Of a stretch of 64,000 nt of DNA, positions 29,920-49,139 are shown one piece after another. Under the pieces are notes generated by a model. The model worked only from the letters and a program-made list of their open reading frames with translations. It did not search any database and was not told the origin of the DNA. The stretch comes from the human T2T-CHM13v2.0 reference genome, Homo sapiens. The stretch lies in the NCBI RefSeq assembly GCF_009914755.1, contig NC_060929.1; one strand, 5' to 3'. Made by a program: the position numbers and the translations under genes. Each line of letters starts with the position of its first letter. The first letter of the stretch is position 1.

Positions 29920-30900
29920 CAATTATTAGGCACCTATGATGTGCAAGATATTATGAGCTAGGTTGTAGAGATACAAATTCTAAAGATAGCATAAGCACAA
30001 AAAATCCCTTAGATTAAAAAGTATATACTTCCCCCCACCAAAATGTTATAGTAAACATAGTGTGCAAAAAGCTTGAGAAACCAAGGAGGGCATTTCCGAG
30101 GAGGTCTGATGGTGAGAGAGGTTGCTTCTGAGGACTATCATTTGAATTTGGTTTTGTGGAACGATTAAGAACTTGACATTTGGACAAAAGGGGAAAGGAA
30201 GAAGAGGCATTTTTGGTTAGAAGAATCGTGCATACAAAATCATGGCGCGAAATAGAATGGGTTATATTAGACGAATAGCTAGTGCATCAGAGTGCTGGAA
30301 TATAGGACTTATTGCTGAAATGGAGGAGGAAGGGTGGATGAAACTAAAAGAGGTGGTTGGTGAAACTTGCTAAGACGTGAAAATTTTAAATTGTTATGTA
30401 TTTTTTTTATTTTTTATTATACTTAAGTTGAATCATGTGTTGGAAATACAATGCCAATGGAAAGCGGTTAGGAAGCAGATGACAAAAGAATTGAGAAGAA
30501 TTGACTAAGTTCTCCAGAATGAATGAGGCAAATGAGAATGAGAGGCAAGGGAAGGAATGAAATTGGAAAATATGTTAGAAATGAAATTGAAAGTATTGAG
30601 TCACGTAGATAACAGACAAAGGAGTCTGGATTTTTCTCAAGTTACTCTGTAAACAAGACTGCTTTTAGGGAGGAAGGTAGTGGAGTGGCAGAGATATGGT
30701 AAAGAGATTGGCCTGAAGCACATTGAGAGAGTGCGTCCAGGTGGAGATGGGATCAGCTTGAGGTTGGGGGTAAGTTCTGGACTGACTGAGGATTTGGGAG
30801 TCAGCAACACAGTGATAACCATTCATGCCAAGGCTATAATAGACTACCCAGGATCACATATTGGCAGAGAAGGGAGTAGAATACAAAAAGCAAGTCCATG
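29920..30900 (-). mobile_element. Degraded L2 fragments
   Basis: Antisense L2 3' end (ggcacctatgatgtgcaagatatt..gatacaaa) and purine-rich L2 body (gatttgggagtcagcaacacag). Confidence 0.55.
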
Positions 30901-33098
30901 CTAATGAGAAATGTGTTAACTTTGCTCTGTTCCTCCACTGAGTCTGAAAAGAGGAAGGGCATGGATTTGACTCATCGACAATGCTGACTCCTCCAACTCT
31001 CTTGGGTTCCTTCATGTGTCTTCTACACTTATTATTTACACACACATATGAGTATGTCAGACTTTACTGAGGCATTCAAGGATACAACAAGTTCACAACA
31101 TATGAAGAAAAGATTTTGAATCCATCATTGTTCAAGGGAAAAGCAGTCTAGAAGCTAAACTTTTCATGAAGTGTATTCTCAAGATGACACCCCCATTCTT
31201 AACTTTGCTCAACATTCTTTCCAAGAGAGTCTCCCCTAAATATGCTACATAGATTACAGCTGTCTTTTAAAATATAGAACTTACTTCCCAAAAGGTTTGG
31301 TCTTCTCTTAGGAATTCTTCCTCCTCTTCCAGCAAAACATTTCTGCACATCTGAGTTATTTAGTCTAAAATAATACACCCTGTGGGACTTAGATGAAATA
31401 ATTCAGGGTGAAAATAAGCATTCCAAGTCTAGTCTTCTTCAATTCTCTTTATGAGTTTGGTGTGTACATATAGCTCTTTCATTTTTTGAGTGTCCAGTGA
31501 TTAATTGTTGCTACCTTCCTATCTCTTAAATTACATATGTCAGAAAGTGCTATTTATTCTTCTAGTTTAACTAATATTTAAGAATTATGCCAGTTAAACA
31601 GATTGAAGAGAAATAGTCAAATGAAAAAAACAAGAAATGAAAGCTTCAACAGGCGTGTATTCAAGAGCGGAAAGTGCAGGAAGAAGAATGAATAAATTGA
31701 AGTTGAAAATAAGTTGCAGAATAAATCTTGTAGCCAGTCTAAGGGCTTGTTATCATAAATCCCAGAGGCATTTGGGTATATAATATAATATTATTATACT
31801 TAAGTTGAATCTGTTTCCCACCTCTGACTTCAGAAATGTGTTTGGCCCATGTTGTAATAGCCTGAGAAACTGAAGATAAAGAATGAAATTTTTGTTAATG
31901 CCTGAGTGTTCCCAGTATACCTTTTTCTCTAATATTCATATTGTACTTGTGAAAAACTGATGTTGATTAAATATACCTGGTCCACATGAGGTGCTTAAGA
32001 TAGGTCAAGCTACACCGTGCTGGACCTAGAGGTGCAGTTAAGCTTCCTTCCAACAATTCCAACATGACCCTCCCTTGTTCTCAGAGATTATCATCAGTAA
32101 CTATTCCTCTCATGGTACGGATATAATGACTTGCACCTGTGCCTATCCTGGTACATGTTTCTGATCTTGCCACATATCCCAGTGGTACTGACTTCCTTCT
32201 GTTTCTTTAGAACAGATTTTCCCAAGGGGAGTCCACACCGGGGCTTTTCCTCCATCCAAGCCTTTTGCTGGCATTTGTTAACCCAGTGAAAGCCAAATTA
32301 TACAGGGGTGAGGAGCAATTGAAACAGACTGATGTGAAGATAGAAGTTGATGGCAATGGGAAAGGGAAGGATACATTCAGGGGAAGAAATTTTAGGATGA
32401 GAAAGATTTGAGAACGTTTGTAGTCTGAGATGAAATCATCAATGAAAGAAGAAAGTCACAAAGATACTAAAGAGTCAAGTTATAATTGATGGTTCAGGAA
32501 CACAGGAGGCAGTAGGGTTTGGAATGTAGGACTTAAGAGGAACTGTCCCAAATTGTTAGTTCCTCTGCCCTGAGAATGAAAGAAATAAAGTACAATAACA
32601 TTTTTACGTCTGTCTATTACATGTCTCAGACTGAAAGAACAGCCATTTAAGATAGAGGCCTGCCTTACCCACCCACACCATCAGGGTCTGTTGGTCTCTT
32701 CCCTTGCTATGCAAAAGTGAAAACCTGGGCTCTTTAAAAACAGAACAAAGGAGAAGAGCTTTCCAACAAGAAGCCAATGCTTCAGTTGCTAAGACAGAAC
32801 AGAGCAACAACTATAATACATTAATATACTGTATAGGTTGCTGATTTAGTAGTTTTGCAATTATTTTAAAAATATGGCCATTTTGCTTTTATACTAGCAT
32901 GAAAAAGAGCTGAATCCAGAAGTCACTCAGAAATATGACTTCTTTATATAAGAAAGAAAAGGCTTGATAAAAAGAGAAGGGACCTAACCTACAATTGTGG
33001 TTGAATGAAAAGCCTAATTTTGTAGGATTATAGAACTAAAAGTATCCTGCTCTTATTTGGATCACTGCATAGCGGCTTCATGAATTTGAGAGTTGTAG

Positions 33099-33445
<347 letters not shown>

Positions 33446-33699
33446 AATAGGGCCTTTATACTAAAACATTACAACCACTAATCGGTAAAATACGGATAGG
33501 GATCTGAGGATAGGAAGGGAGGAAAGAACTTTGGCTCTGACATTGAAACTTAATAAAGGTACTCATCATCCATGCCACCACAGCCCCACCTTAGAGCCTT
33601 GTTCAGACCCATGACTGATCCTGCTTTCATTCAATTTGTTATCAATATTTATTGAAGCCATGCTGTGTGCACATGTTGTGAGCAGAGCAGAAAACATCA

Positions 33700-33905
33700 T
33701 CTTTACGTGTGCTTGCTCTGAAGGTAGAATACATGGGTTCAAATCCTGTGACTTTGGACAGTTTATTATATGCTTAGTGCATCGATCCTCTCATCTGTAC
33801 AATGGAAACAATAATATCAAATATATTTCTGAGGAGTTTGTGAGAATTAGGTGAGTTCATGTATGTAAAAGTGCTTAGCACGGTGCCTTGTTCATAACAA
33901 AAACT
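33700..33905 (+). mobile_element. MIR
   Basis: gggttcaaatcctg..ctcatctgtacaatgg..gtaaaagtgcttagcacggtgcc. Confidence 0.8.
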
Positions 33906-35289
33906 GAGAACATATTATTTATGGACCATGGCATTTACAAAGTAGTTTAATCTACACCTCTGCAACCAGGAACTTACAATCAACACAGGGGAGGTGGGAT
34001 GGCTAAGAAGTCCCAATAATAACTAAAATTTTAGGAGTTGTAGTTCCAATGGATGGAATATTTGTGCTAGAAAGGGAAAGGGGAAGACAAAGAAAAACAT
34101 CATTTCTAGCTTGGATGATAAAGACCTCCAGGAAAGATACATTTTTAACTTAGTCTTTAAACTAAGGTATGTAAGCTTTTCCCTTCCCTTCATTCATGTA
34201 GCTTTCTTAGAATCTTTCTTGGCCATAAATCCCTTCAGTGGAATATGATGCCCTTTACTCAGTTAACTTAAATGTCACCCTAAATAGTTTGTAAATGGAC
34301 AGGCAATATGAACCAATGGAGCTATCCATGAAGATTGGTGTAGAGCACTAAGGCAGGGCTATGTCCTCTGCTCTGATTGGTTCCACAGGCTCCTGGATGC
34401 AGCCTTTGCATCCTTCCAGATAAGGCTCTGTTAATTATTTTTCCAGTCACATCCTTGTAGACTAGGCTGATTTATTTGATGGTAGAAATGAGATGCTTTG
34501 GTGTGAGTCATACCAAGGTATGGGGGAAGGAAGAGCTGAACTGCCATATATAAACTTTCCAAATAAGCTCAAACGCTAGGTGACCAGGAGCTGGGCAGGA
34601 GCTGCATCTATCTATGGGAGAATGCATGTCATAGGGAGGCGCCATGCTGCTCCAGCTCACAAAACAGCCTGGGAGGGCTGAATCCACAGTGCTGCCTTCA
34701 TCTAACATGATGCTCTGGCTCAGGGTGTATGTGACAGGAGCCCTGCTCCAATGATGTTTTCAGAAAATGAAATCTGTTTTGTGCTTGAGGATCGCGCTCC
34801 GATGTTATCACTCTGTCATTTCAACACATGGCTTTCAACCAAGGGGCACACCAGATTAGGGCCTGCTCCCAGGCCCATTACAGACTTTGTTTTCTGTTCA
34901 GTAATTCCTCTATATGGCTAAAAATACAGATATGGATAAATATATAGACATAAATTTAATATAAATTTCCAAACCTACACATCAGATAAGGTTATGGTAT
35001 AATGATCATCCATGTACCCATTACCCATAACTTCAATTATAATCAATAGAGCAGTTTTTTTAAAGTCAATCAAAATACATTATCTTGTTAGGGAGTTTAA
35101 ACCATAATCCCAAAAGATACATTCCTGAGCATCATAATCCTGAATGCTGAAATTCTGAAAGATCAAAATCCTAATGTCTAAAATCCAGAACATCACAATC
35201 ACAGAATAGTTGCATCATGTTAGGCAGAAATATTACCTTGTTATTATTTGTATGCAAAGAAAATGGATTTCAATTGCATTCCAAATCAT

Positions 35290-35960
35290 AATAACAGATT
35301 TGAAATTAGGTGTGATCAAGGCTTCTAAAAGCTAATTACAAGGTGTTACCAATAAAGTCTATTCTTTTTTTTTTTTTGATTCAGCACAACGCATCTGGAG
35401 GAAAATTCAGATGAGTAGATTGGCCATGCAATCCAACAATGAAAAAAGCTTCAGTTTAAAAATAGGTCATTTGTCTGCATTGACATTTTTTCTACCTGAT
35501 GACATTACAGGAGGTTTCAATGAACTAAAGTTGCATTTACCTGAAGCAGCTAGAGAAGTTACTGAGTGGTTCAAAAATAATGTGCACCGTAGAGTAGAAA
35601 GACACTTGCCCAACGATGTTGCTGTTTAACCACTTGTATTGTTTCTGTCAAATCTGTGATCTGCATATGAGTTCATGTGGAATGGATTTCCATGTACCCA
35701 AAACAACATAGAAACAAGGCACAAGAGACGAAAAAACTTAACAGGGGACATTCATATTCTTGTATATCTAATCACAGAAGACTATCAAAAAGAGCAGAGA
35801 CACATAGGAAATGAATGTAAAGTCTTCTCTGAGGACAGCAATGTCCTAAAAGAAAAAAAGTAGCTATTCATCATGATGTAAGACTTCAAATTATAGTTAA
35901 TGATCATGAAGGTCGACCAGCTCTTATGGACTATCTCCGTGCAATTGCCCACAACCTACC
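35290..35960 (+). pseudogene. MULE transposase C-terminal remnant
   Basis: TDFELGVIKA (second catalytic D region), SAQRIWRKIQM, LSALTFFLPDDITGGFNEL and TQNNIETRH (catalytic E motif); disrupted by stops and frameshifts. Confidence 0.75.
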
Positions 35961-36232
35961 TCTGTAATACACTTTTTCATATGTCAGGTTTTCTTTTTAG
36001 TTTTTCATGTTTTGGTTTTTTGTTTGTTTTAGTTTTTTGTTCTTTTTCTTTTTGAAAGTTTTTTCCCATATTTTAAATTGTCACCATTATTATTATTATT
36101 TTTTTTTTACAATTTTTTCTTCTATGTGATCTTAGAATTATTTCCAATACTGGAGGTATAAGTTGTATACAGATTTTCACAGAGTTCTAACTCATTTTAT
36201 GCACTTTTTGACTCTACAAAAGTGCATCATGA

Positions 36233-36657
<425 letters not shown>

Positions 36658-36843
36658 TCAGTTCTTTGGATGACTTGTGCAGTGGTGATGTGGTAGTGAC
36701 CCATCTTGATTTTTTAAATTGAACTCATCAAAAGACTTATGTGGTCCATCAAAGCATTTCAGAGGACTGCACTTACAAAGCTGAGTGCACACAGTTAATG
36801 ACCGTAATGGTATGTGTTTATACACTTTACTGTTTGACTTATG

Positions 36844-37200
<357 letters not shown>

Positions 37201-38176
37201 TAGTATACCTGAGTTTTTATGCTTACAAAAATGTGTTACTATTACCTATTTTATTTTGTAAAGTAGCCTCTGAAGTATCCTATCATGTTTCTATGTTTCC
37301 CCAAAAAAATACCCTTTTAAAAATGTAAATAAGCATTTTAAAACTAATCTTTTAAATTATTTTTTCTAGAATTATATTTTGGGGATTTTGATCTTTCAGC
37401 ATGTCTATGTTCAGGATTATGGTGTTTGGGACTGTGTCTTTCTGGATTACGATTGGCTCTTGCCAAATATTTACTTTTAGCTATCAGAACTCTGTCACTG
37501 CTATCTTCCTCCCTAGACAGAGAACAGCTTGAAGGTCAGAGTGCGTTTCAGTCTCCTTTGGATCCTACCATGGCGTGGTATCTAGCTCCGTGATCAGCCA
37601 GTTGAAAGTTCTTAAAAATTACTGTTTATTGAATATGTAATTGATTTTTAAGTGCTATGTGTTAAAGCATCTATAGAAGAAATTTTATTCCTGTGATTAT
37701 AAGTTATGAAAAACCATGCAAAACAGCAAGATACAATTTCAAATATGATCCTTTGAGAGAAAATTTGAAAGAACTATGAAACACAATCTGGGAAGTTTAG
37801 TGGACATACGAGTGCTGCAGCTGCAGCTCTTTCAGGCCACATCTTCTATGTCTATAGATGCACCTGCTTGGTCACCAGGCACTATGTTGGGTATAGAATA
37901 CTAGCATTCAGGTGGTTCCAAGTGGCCAAATAGGAACAGCTCCAGTCTACAGCTCCCAGCGTGAGCGACGCAGAAGACAGATGATTTCTGCATTTCCAAC
38001 TGAGGTACCCAGTTCATCTCACTGGGGACTGTTGGACAGTGGGTACAGGACAGTGGGTGCAGTGCACTGAGCATGAGCCGAAGCAGGGCAAGGCATCGCC
38101 TCACCCAGGAAGCACAAGTGGTCAGGGAATTCCCTTTTCTAGCCAAGGAAAGGGGTGACAGGTAGCACCTGGAAAA

Positions 38177-38359
38177 TCAGGTCATTCCCACCCTAATACT
38201 ACACTTTTCCAATGGTCTTAGCAAACGGCACACCAGGAGATTATATCCTGTGCCTGGTTCAGAGGGTCCTGAGCCCACGGAGCCTTGCTCACTGCTAGCA
38301 CAGCAGTCTGAGATCAAACTGCAAGGCGGCAGCCAGGCTGGGGGAGGGGCGCCCGCCAT
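38177..38359 (-). pseudogene. L1 ORF0 (antisense ORF of the primate L1 5' UTR), 60 aa
   Basis: MAGAPPPAWLPPCSLISDCCAS.. matches the ORF0 N-terminus; premature TGA relative to the 71-aa L1HS ORF0. Confidence 0.8.
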
Positions 38360-38387
38360 TGCTGAGGCTTGAGTAGGTAAACAAAGC

Positions 38388-42397
<4,010 letters not shown>

Positions 42398-45300
42398 ACA
42401 ATGAGAACACTTGGAAACAGGAAGGGGAACATCACACCCCAGGGCCTGTTGTGGTGTGGGGGTAGGGGGGAGGGATAGCATTAGGAGATATACCTAATGT
42501 AAATGATGAGTTAATGCGTGCAGCACACAAACATGGCACATGTATACATATGTAACAAACCTGCACATTGTGCACATGTACCCTAAAACTTAAAGTATAA
42601 TAAAAATAAAAGAATCCTAGCATTCATATCAATAAATGAAGAGATATCCTTTTGTATATCTGCATTTGGGAAAGATAAAGTTTCTCTAGAATTCTACAGA
42701 ATACTAAAATTCTATACCCAAGATAGTGCCTGGGGACCTAGAGGGTGCTCAGTAGATATTACTGAATAAGGATTAAAACAAGGAGAAGCCCTGGGTTTTG
42801 GAGGCAGTCAACCTGGCATGGGAATCCTAGCCTGATACATGTTATCCATGTGACCTTAAATATTCTGTTTCTTGTTAGGCTATTTTCCCAGGACAATGAT
42901 GCCTTCTTGCTCTATATTTACATAAATAAGTGACCTAGTGACCTTTCACTGGACAAGGAACATTTGTCTTATGGTGATTTTCTTTCTTTGCCATCACCTA
43001 GAATCAGGCAGCAATCTGGCTGGCTAAAAAGGGAAAGCACACATAGAGAGACACACGTATAAAAATTTTATCTCTGGCAGGCTCCACTGTGTTTGGCACC
43101 CAGTCATGCTTCCATTCTTGTTTGGCCATATAGGCTATGTAGGTGTTTCTATTTGTGGGTGTATGTTACACTGAAAACCCCTAACCATTCCGATCATGCT
43201 GCTCTCCTCATCTCTGTACCCAAGCAGCAGAATCCTAGAAGTGAGGAACTGCTTTTCCACATCCAAGCCCCAGGGTTCTCTGAGTAACTGTCAAATCTGC
43301 TTCTCCCAGCACTCAACCACCCTCTGCTCTCGCCCCTGCCCCTCTGTCACTTATCTTCTGTGTTAGTTAAGTCCACAGCTCTCACCCCCACAAGATTGAA
43401 TGTAAGGGTCACTACCTATTCATCGACAAATCGCCTAGAATAAAGTGCATAGATGTAGCAGCACATCTGTGTCCTAAAAAGCCCAGTTCAGTGATTCACA
43501 ATCCCTGCCCCACACTCCTACAGCAAGAGAATAATCTCTCTAGACATGCCACTCTTGCATTTGCACGCAAATGCGTAATTGCTTCCTATTGCCTCGCCTA
43601 TCGAATTTATATTCTTCAACCTGATTATCCAGATATTCTGCCAAGACCCTTGACTCTCTTTTCTCATAGCTGAACTCACTGGTATTGCTCACTTCTCTCA
43701 CAGATAATGTATAAGCAACAAAATCTAAGCCCATTCCCAGTTCTTCATCCAGAACATGCCTCTTTCTCCGGGCCATAGACATTTTATTCCCTCTCTCCTT
43801 TTCTCTGCCAGCATACTCTGCAGATCCTTTCAAACGCTCCTGCATAAAGGAGAAACCACTCACCTAGCTGCTCATTCTTTACTCACAAAGGCCTCAGGCC
43901 TCAAGCTCATCCTTTAACTTTTATTTCTCTTTTCAGCAAAGAGTGTGTTGGTACATTCACCTTCCCTCCCTAGGTTGACCAGTTTTTCTAACTGGACCCC
44001 AGACCTTTGATGGTTGTTGCTTTTTCAGCTTGCCAGCTGCACCTAGTACAGAGTTATTCATCAGGAATATGCCCAGGAAGTGTTATTGACTGATACGCAG
44101 CAATGAATTTTTTTTTTTTTTTATGATAGAGACTTCCCCCAAAAGGGGAATGATTTCCTTAGCTGCAAGTTGTGGTTGTGGTTGTTGTTGTTAACCATGC
44201 AGCACAATAATATATTCCTAAGTTTGTTTTCTTCAATGTTTTACACTACTAAGATTAATAAAAGAAATGCTTTTAGGCTGTTGTTTCAATTACAGTATAC
44301 TAGAAAGTGCTAGAGGAAAACAGAAACAAAAATCTATGGCTATGGGGCACTTCTTGAAATAAAAATGTCTTGCCCTCTCTTTATTCTGGCAAAATAGGAA
44401 AAGAAAAATACTCTGTGCTGGCAAGGGGCAAGTTCAGGCATTTAATGGATCTTTTTGTCAGCTGTCATTTGTTTCTACCAAGTGCTACATACCCTTTACC
44501 GTAGATGAATACTCCTTATGTCTACAGAAAGACCCAGGGTGGCTCGGGGTGCGTTGTAGGCATTTCAAAGTCATTCTTCCTTTACATCTCTGCCTGTGTT
44601 CAAGTGCCTATTTTCAATTTGCAGTTGTGCTGGGAAAACGTTTTGATTCTTGATTTAGAATGTGCACTCCCAGAAGGTTCCAAGAGAGTTTCAGGCAGAG
44701 AGATAAAGCTTGTCTCTTTATGCTGCTTTCTAGCGTGTGCTCTGTGGCAATAATACACACCCCACACTGTGCTTATATCCCTGGTTTTATGAAAGTCAGT
44801 CCAATGCCTATTTGGTGAATCTTTTGACATGCAAGTACTGTTCCCTGAGGAAGAAAGCTAGTTGCAGCACTTTCTCTCTCCTCCTCTCTTTGTTTTCCAT
44901 GTTATACATAATTCTTAGGAAAACCGTAGTGTGAAATGCACCGGAGAAACTAAAATCGCAATGAAAAAGTCAGCTGTAAACGGTATATCTGACATTGCTC
45001 ACTACAGTAAAAAGACCCCATTTTATGAACATAATAAGGCTCAGGTTCTATGCTTTGAGCTAGGGTGAAACAAACACATAGGCATCAACCAGCTGAGTCC
45101 CAAATTACCTAGGCCAACTGAGGACCCACAGACTTTTTTCCCAGGTGATATGATGGCAAATAAATCAAGTTCAAGAAAGCTGAGTGAAAGTTCAAATACA
45201 TTATATGCTAAGGCTGTTAAGCCAAGAACATACAATCAGACTCTGTCTGTAGCCAGGGAGTTTGAGCTCACCTCAAAAACAGCCTTTCATCTAATGAAAT

Positions 45301-45839
45301 GTTAAAAAGACTTCCAAAAATTTTACCACTGTTGCCAAAATCTATCTTTCATCGCTTGAGCAAATTGCTGTAAACTTGTTGGAGAGGATTTTCTATATTT
45401 ATGCAGAATGTTGTCATCTACATGTTGGTATTTGCTAGATTTTATTTCATAACATTTTTTTCTCCAATCAAACTAGCTGGATTGAATTTCAAAATTGAGC
45501 TCTCTTTTTAGTGGTGGTGGAGAGGGGGGAGGTTGTAGAGCATCAAATCAAAATCTAATGAAGTTTCTAATGATCAAATAAATAATCACTTGACATTTAT
45601 TGCCATGTTTGGCAATCTGCAGAAATGGAATAGAGTAGATATGCCTACAGCCCCATTTCCCATAGATTTACATTATGCTACCACACAGAATTAAGCTGAC
45701 ATAAGCTCTTTAAGACTCACTAAAGCAGCAGATTTTACACAACTTGTTTAGATTTTTTTTTTCCTTCTCCATGATCCCATATTCCCTGAATAACTCTTTC
45801 TATCCATTTTCCATTCCTTGTTCTTTTGAGAGGCCTGCT

Positions 45840-46150
45840 GGAGCTTCCCCTTGATGTCATTTCAGGCTATAACCCTGCAGTTTGCGTTTATCTTAGCTGT
45901 AAAATGCAACAGTAATTTATATGCTCCCTTACTCCTGCTTCCTCCGAGGCACTGGCTGCCAGCTGTCTACCCAGCAGTTTAAAGAAAGAGCTGTAATGAG
46001 CGAGAGTGCAGCAGGAGAGGGGCGGCGCCACATCACATCAGAGGCTTTTATTTCTGCTTCCTCAGTGAGCACTGGATCCACATAAATGGCATTTTCTGGC
46101 GCTGACTGGCTGCAGCATAAAGTCCTTCCTCCCCTGCACCTCCACCTTCC
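45840..46150. promoter_or_regulatory. Candidate cis-regulatory element
   Basis: Non-repetitive, locally GC/CpG-enriched segment with a GC box-like gaggggcggc and an E-box cagctg; compositional evidence only. Confidence 0.3.
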
Positions 46151-49139
46151 CGCTCTCACCTCACACCAGCCTTATGGGGACAGGCTTCATCATCTCTTCC
46201 TTTTATTTCTGACTTAAGGAGAACAGAGCAAAAAGATGAGACAAAGCCTGGGGCAGCTGTGATGCTGCAGTGTAGGGTGTGAGATCCTAGTGCAAACCTT
46301 GCCCCTCAGCACCAAGAACATGCTCTTGGAGCTGTGAGACAAAGCTTCCCAAGAGCTTGATGCACTCAACATCCTTAGATTTTTAGCTGGGCTATTGAGA
46401 TGTTTTTTTTTTTAATGTAATTCAGTTGAGGTTTAGTCTCTTTAAAAATAATCCAATAGTAGGGTTATTTGCCTTGAGTTTTGTAAAAAATAAAAATAAA
46501 AAAAATAGGACAAAGCCATTTTAGTTTAGTTCTGCCTCCAGAATCTGTTCCCCTGGCACTCTCTTCCTCTCCCATATTCTGTTTTTGGGGGTACATAAAA
46601 TATGCCCCTTTTCATGCACAGGAACCCACACAAGTTCAGGGAATAAAATTCAGCATAAAGCAGCCACAAAGGAGTTTCCTTTATGCTACTAAAATTAGAC
46701 AGCTCTCTTTTGCCAGTCCACTGAAAACAATCCCAATTTAACAAAAGGAAAGGAAAAGATTTTAAAGCCTGTCTATATGTTTAATATTAAGACTGGCACT
46801 AGGTAGAAGATAGAGCACACACTGGCAAAGGATCGGCTCCTTTTCTGTGATATTCCTGAATGTGTTGACTATTAACATCTCCAAGGAAGACCTTGTCACT
46901 TTAGGATTCTTATCTCTCACATTCCCTTTAGCTTTGTGTAATCTTGATTTTTGTCCAAAGCTGGTGTTTCTTGGCAGAGACTGGCAAAGCAAAAGCTAGG
47001 AGCCGTGTTGAAGGAGGCTGAGCTTCAGATCAGTGGATCAATCTGAAGGAAGGGTGTGAGCAACAGTTAACTCTTGCAAGTACTGGTCCTTCCTTAATTC
47101 AGTCGCAGCAGAGAGGTTTTAATATTTTTCTTTCTTTGGTCAAGTTCATGGCCACAATTATATTTTCTACTGAGAAATGATTTACTAGTCTGACAAAGAC
47201 TTCAAATATCTTTTTTGTGACTCTTATTATTTATTCTTCTATAGCTGAAAAAATATCAGAAAGGTTCTTATGTTTAGAAGATGTAAATTTCCCTGAGGTT
47301 TCACAGCAAGGATGGAAATAATAGCTTCTTTCTAACATAATAGCATTGTGATGTTTCATTATAACTATAATTTGGGGTAAATTTACAAAAAAAAAAAAAA
47401 AACCACGAGAAAGCTAAACGGAATGTACTGTCTTTATCTATTAATCCTTCCATACTTTCTGCAAAAGATATTTTGAAGTCTCTCCAGTCTTTCTCTTCAT
47501 TTCTCTTCAAATGGCATTAGATTTATGTAGAAGGAAAATAGATCAGAAAGACTCATGTATTTTTGGTGTTTTCTAAATGCACAACACACCGTGATTTTAC
47601 TATTGAAGAATTGCAATGCAAATGTACTTACTGGTTCTAAGGCTTTTGATGCATAAAGATCCTGGAAGCTACTTCTACTACAAGAGATTATCTAAGAAAT
47701 AATAAAAATACAATGGAAAGCCAAAAAGGGTGTCCTCTACCCTACTTACATATTAATCTGGAAATAGAGCAGCTTTCCAGACCCAAAGCAACATGAAATA
47801 CAATGGCTGGGAAAAATGCAAGAGAGGGAGAAGACACCTTTCCTACCACCTTTAGGAAATATTTTGAGCATAAATCATCATACAAAACAATCATATCTCC
47901 TACTTTTTTGGTGTTAGTGGGGGTTGAGCCAAGTAAGAGGATAACAGTGATGGGGAACCATTGCTAATTTAAACTAAGGAAGCAGCTGAATCATTGAAAT
48001 GTATGTATATGATGACATATTGCAAACAGCATTATAAGAACTTTGTGTTTTAAACTTGGAAGTGATGTTTGATCCTTCTAAGCCAGCATTTGTCTTTTAA
48101 TAATATTTAAGCATTGATGATATATGTGAAATAGATCATCTTTATACAGAATTAGGCTTTTCAGCATGTAAAAACTTTAATCCACTTTTTTATATATTAG
48201 ACTTCTATATACTCTATATTAAAGTATCCCAATTAAACAAAACCAAAACAAACAAAATCTTCAACTCCTTGTAAAGGTGTCAATCAGCACAATTACTGCT
48301 TTCTAGCAGGAGGACTTTGTGATAAGAGCAGAAAGAAAGATGCTACAGGATAAAAGAATAGAAATGATCTAAAAAAGATGTCAGGAGTAGACTCCACTAG
48401 AAGGTAACTAGAAAAATGGATGAATTAACCATTTCAGGAACATGTCTTTTCTCTTGGTTTTGAGCAGGATTCCTAGAGAAAATGACTAGATAAATCAAAG
48501 TAAATGGCACCAACTCTAGAAAATAATACACAAAGAATAGTGGCATAGAGGTTGGGCAGCAATCAAGATGACACATTTATTTTTTCTGAATTTAATGTAA
48601 TTTTACTAATAGTGGTTTGAGGCTACCCTAAAAAGAAACTCTTCAGCAATGTATGACATGGTATGAGTCAAGGCTTTGCCCACTCCCAATTGGAAATTTG
48701 CCCTGTAGATTAACAACTCACTTTTAGCACATTCTCACCATATGTAGCAGTGAATTATCCATTGCGATTGCTGGCATAGTAAATGCTCTCATACAGACCC
48801 AAGTTTCATATCACTGGGGCTATTATCACACCCCTCTCCCCATATCACTAAGTACTAATCTGTCCTGACAATGTGACATTCATCACAAGCTTTTTCTAAA
48901 AATTCTATCATTTTGGTTCACATTTTTCTAACCTATGTATGCTTGGAATATTTACACACACACACATATATACACACAGCCTAACTTTGAATGTGTTCTT
49001 CTGTAGAATGGAAATTTCATTTTGCACCTGAGTTAACTGAACAGCAATATGAACCAAATGATTTTCCTTCCCACAGAAATGTAACAGGTAATAAAGCTGT
49101 CTTTGTAGTAAACTGAAAACTCACTATGTAAAAAGCACT

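Noticed and set aside
37814-37827. Perfect 14-bp palindrome GCTGCAGCTGCAGC
   Set aside because: Low-complexity CAG/CTG-based sequence; a chance occurrence is plausible
46007-46030. Possible CTCF site
   Set aside because: Only a partial match to the CCASYAGRKGGCR core; spacing is off
46640-46690. Possible pre-miRNA hairpin (agcataaag...ctttatgct)
   Set aside because: The stem is only 9 bp with a large loop, not pre-miRNA-like
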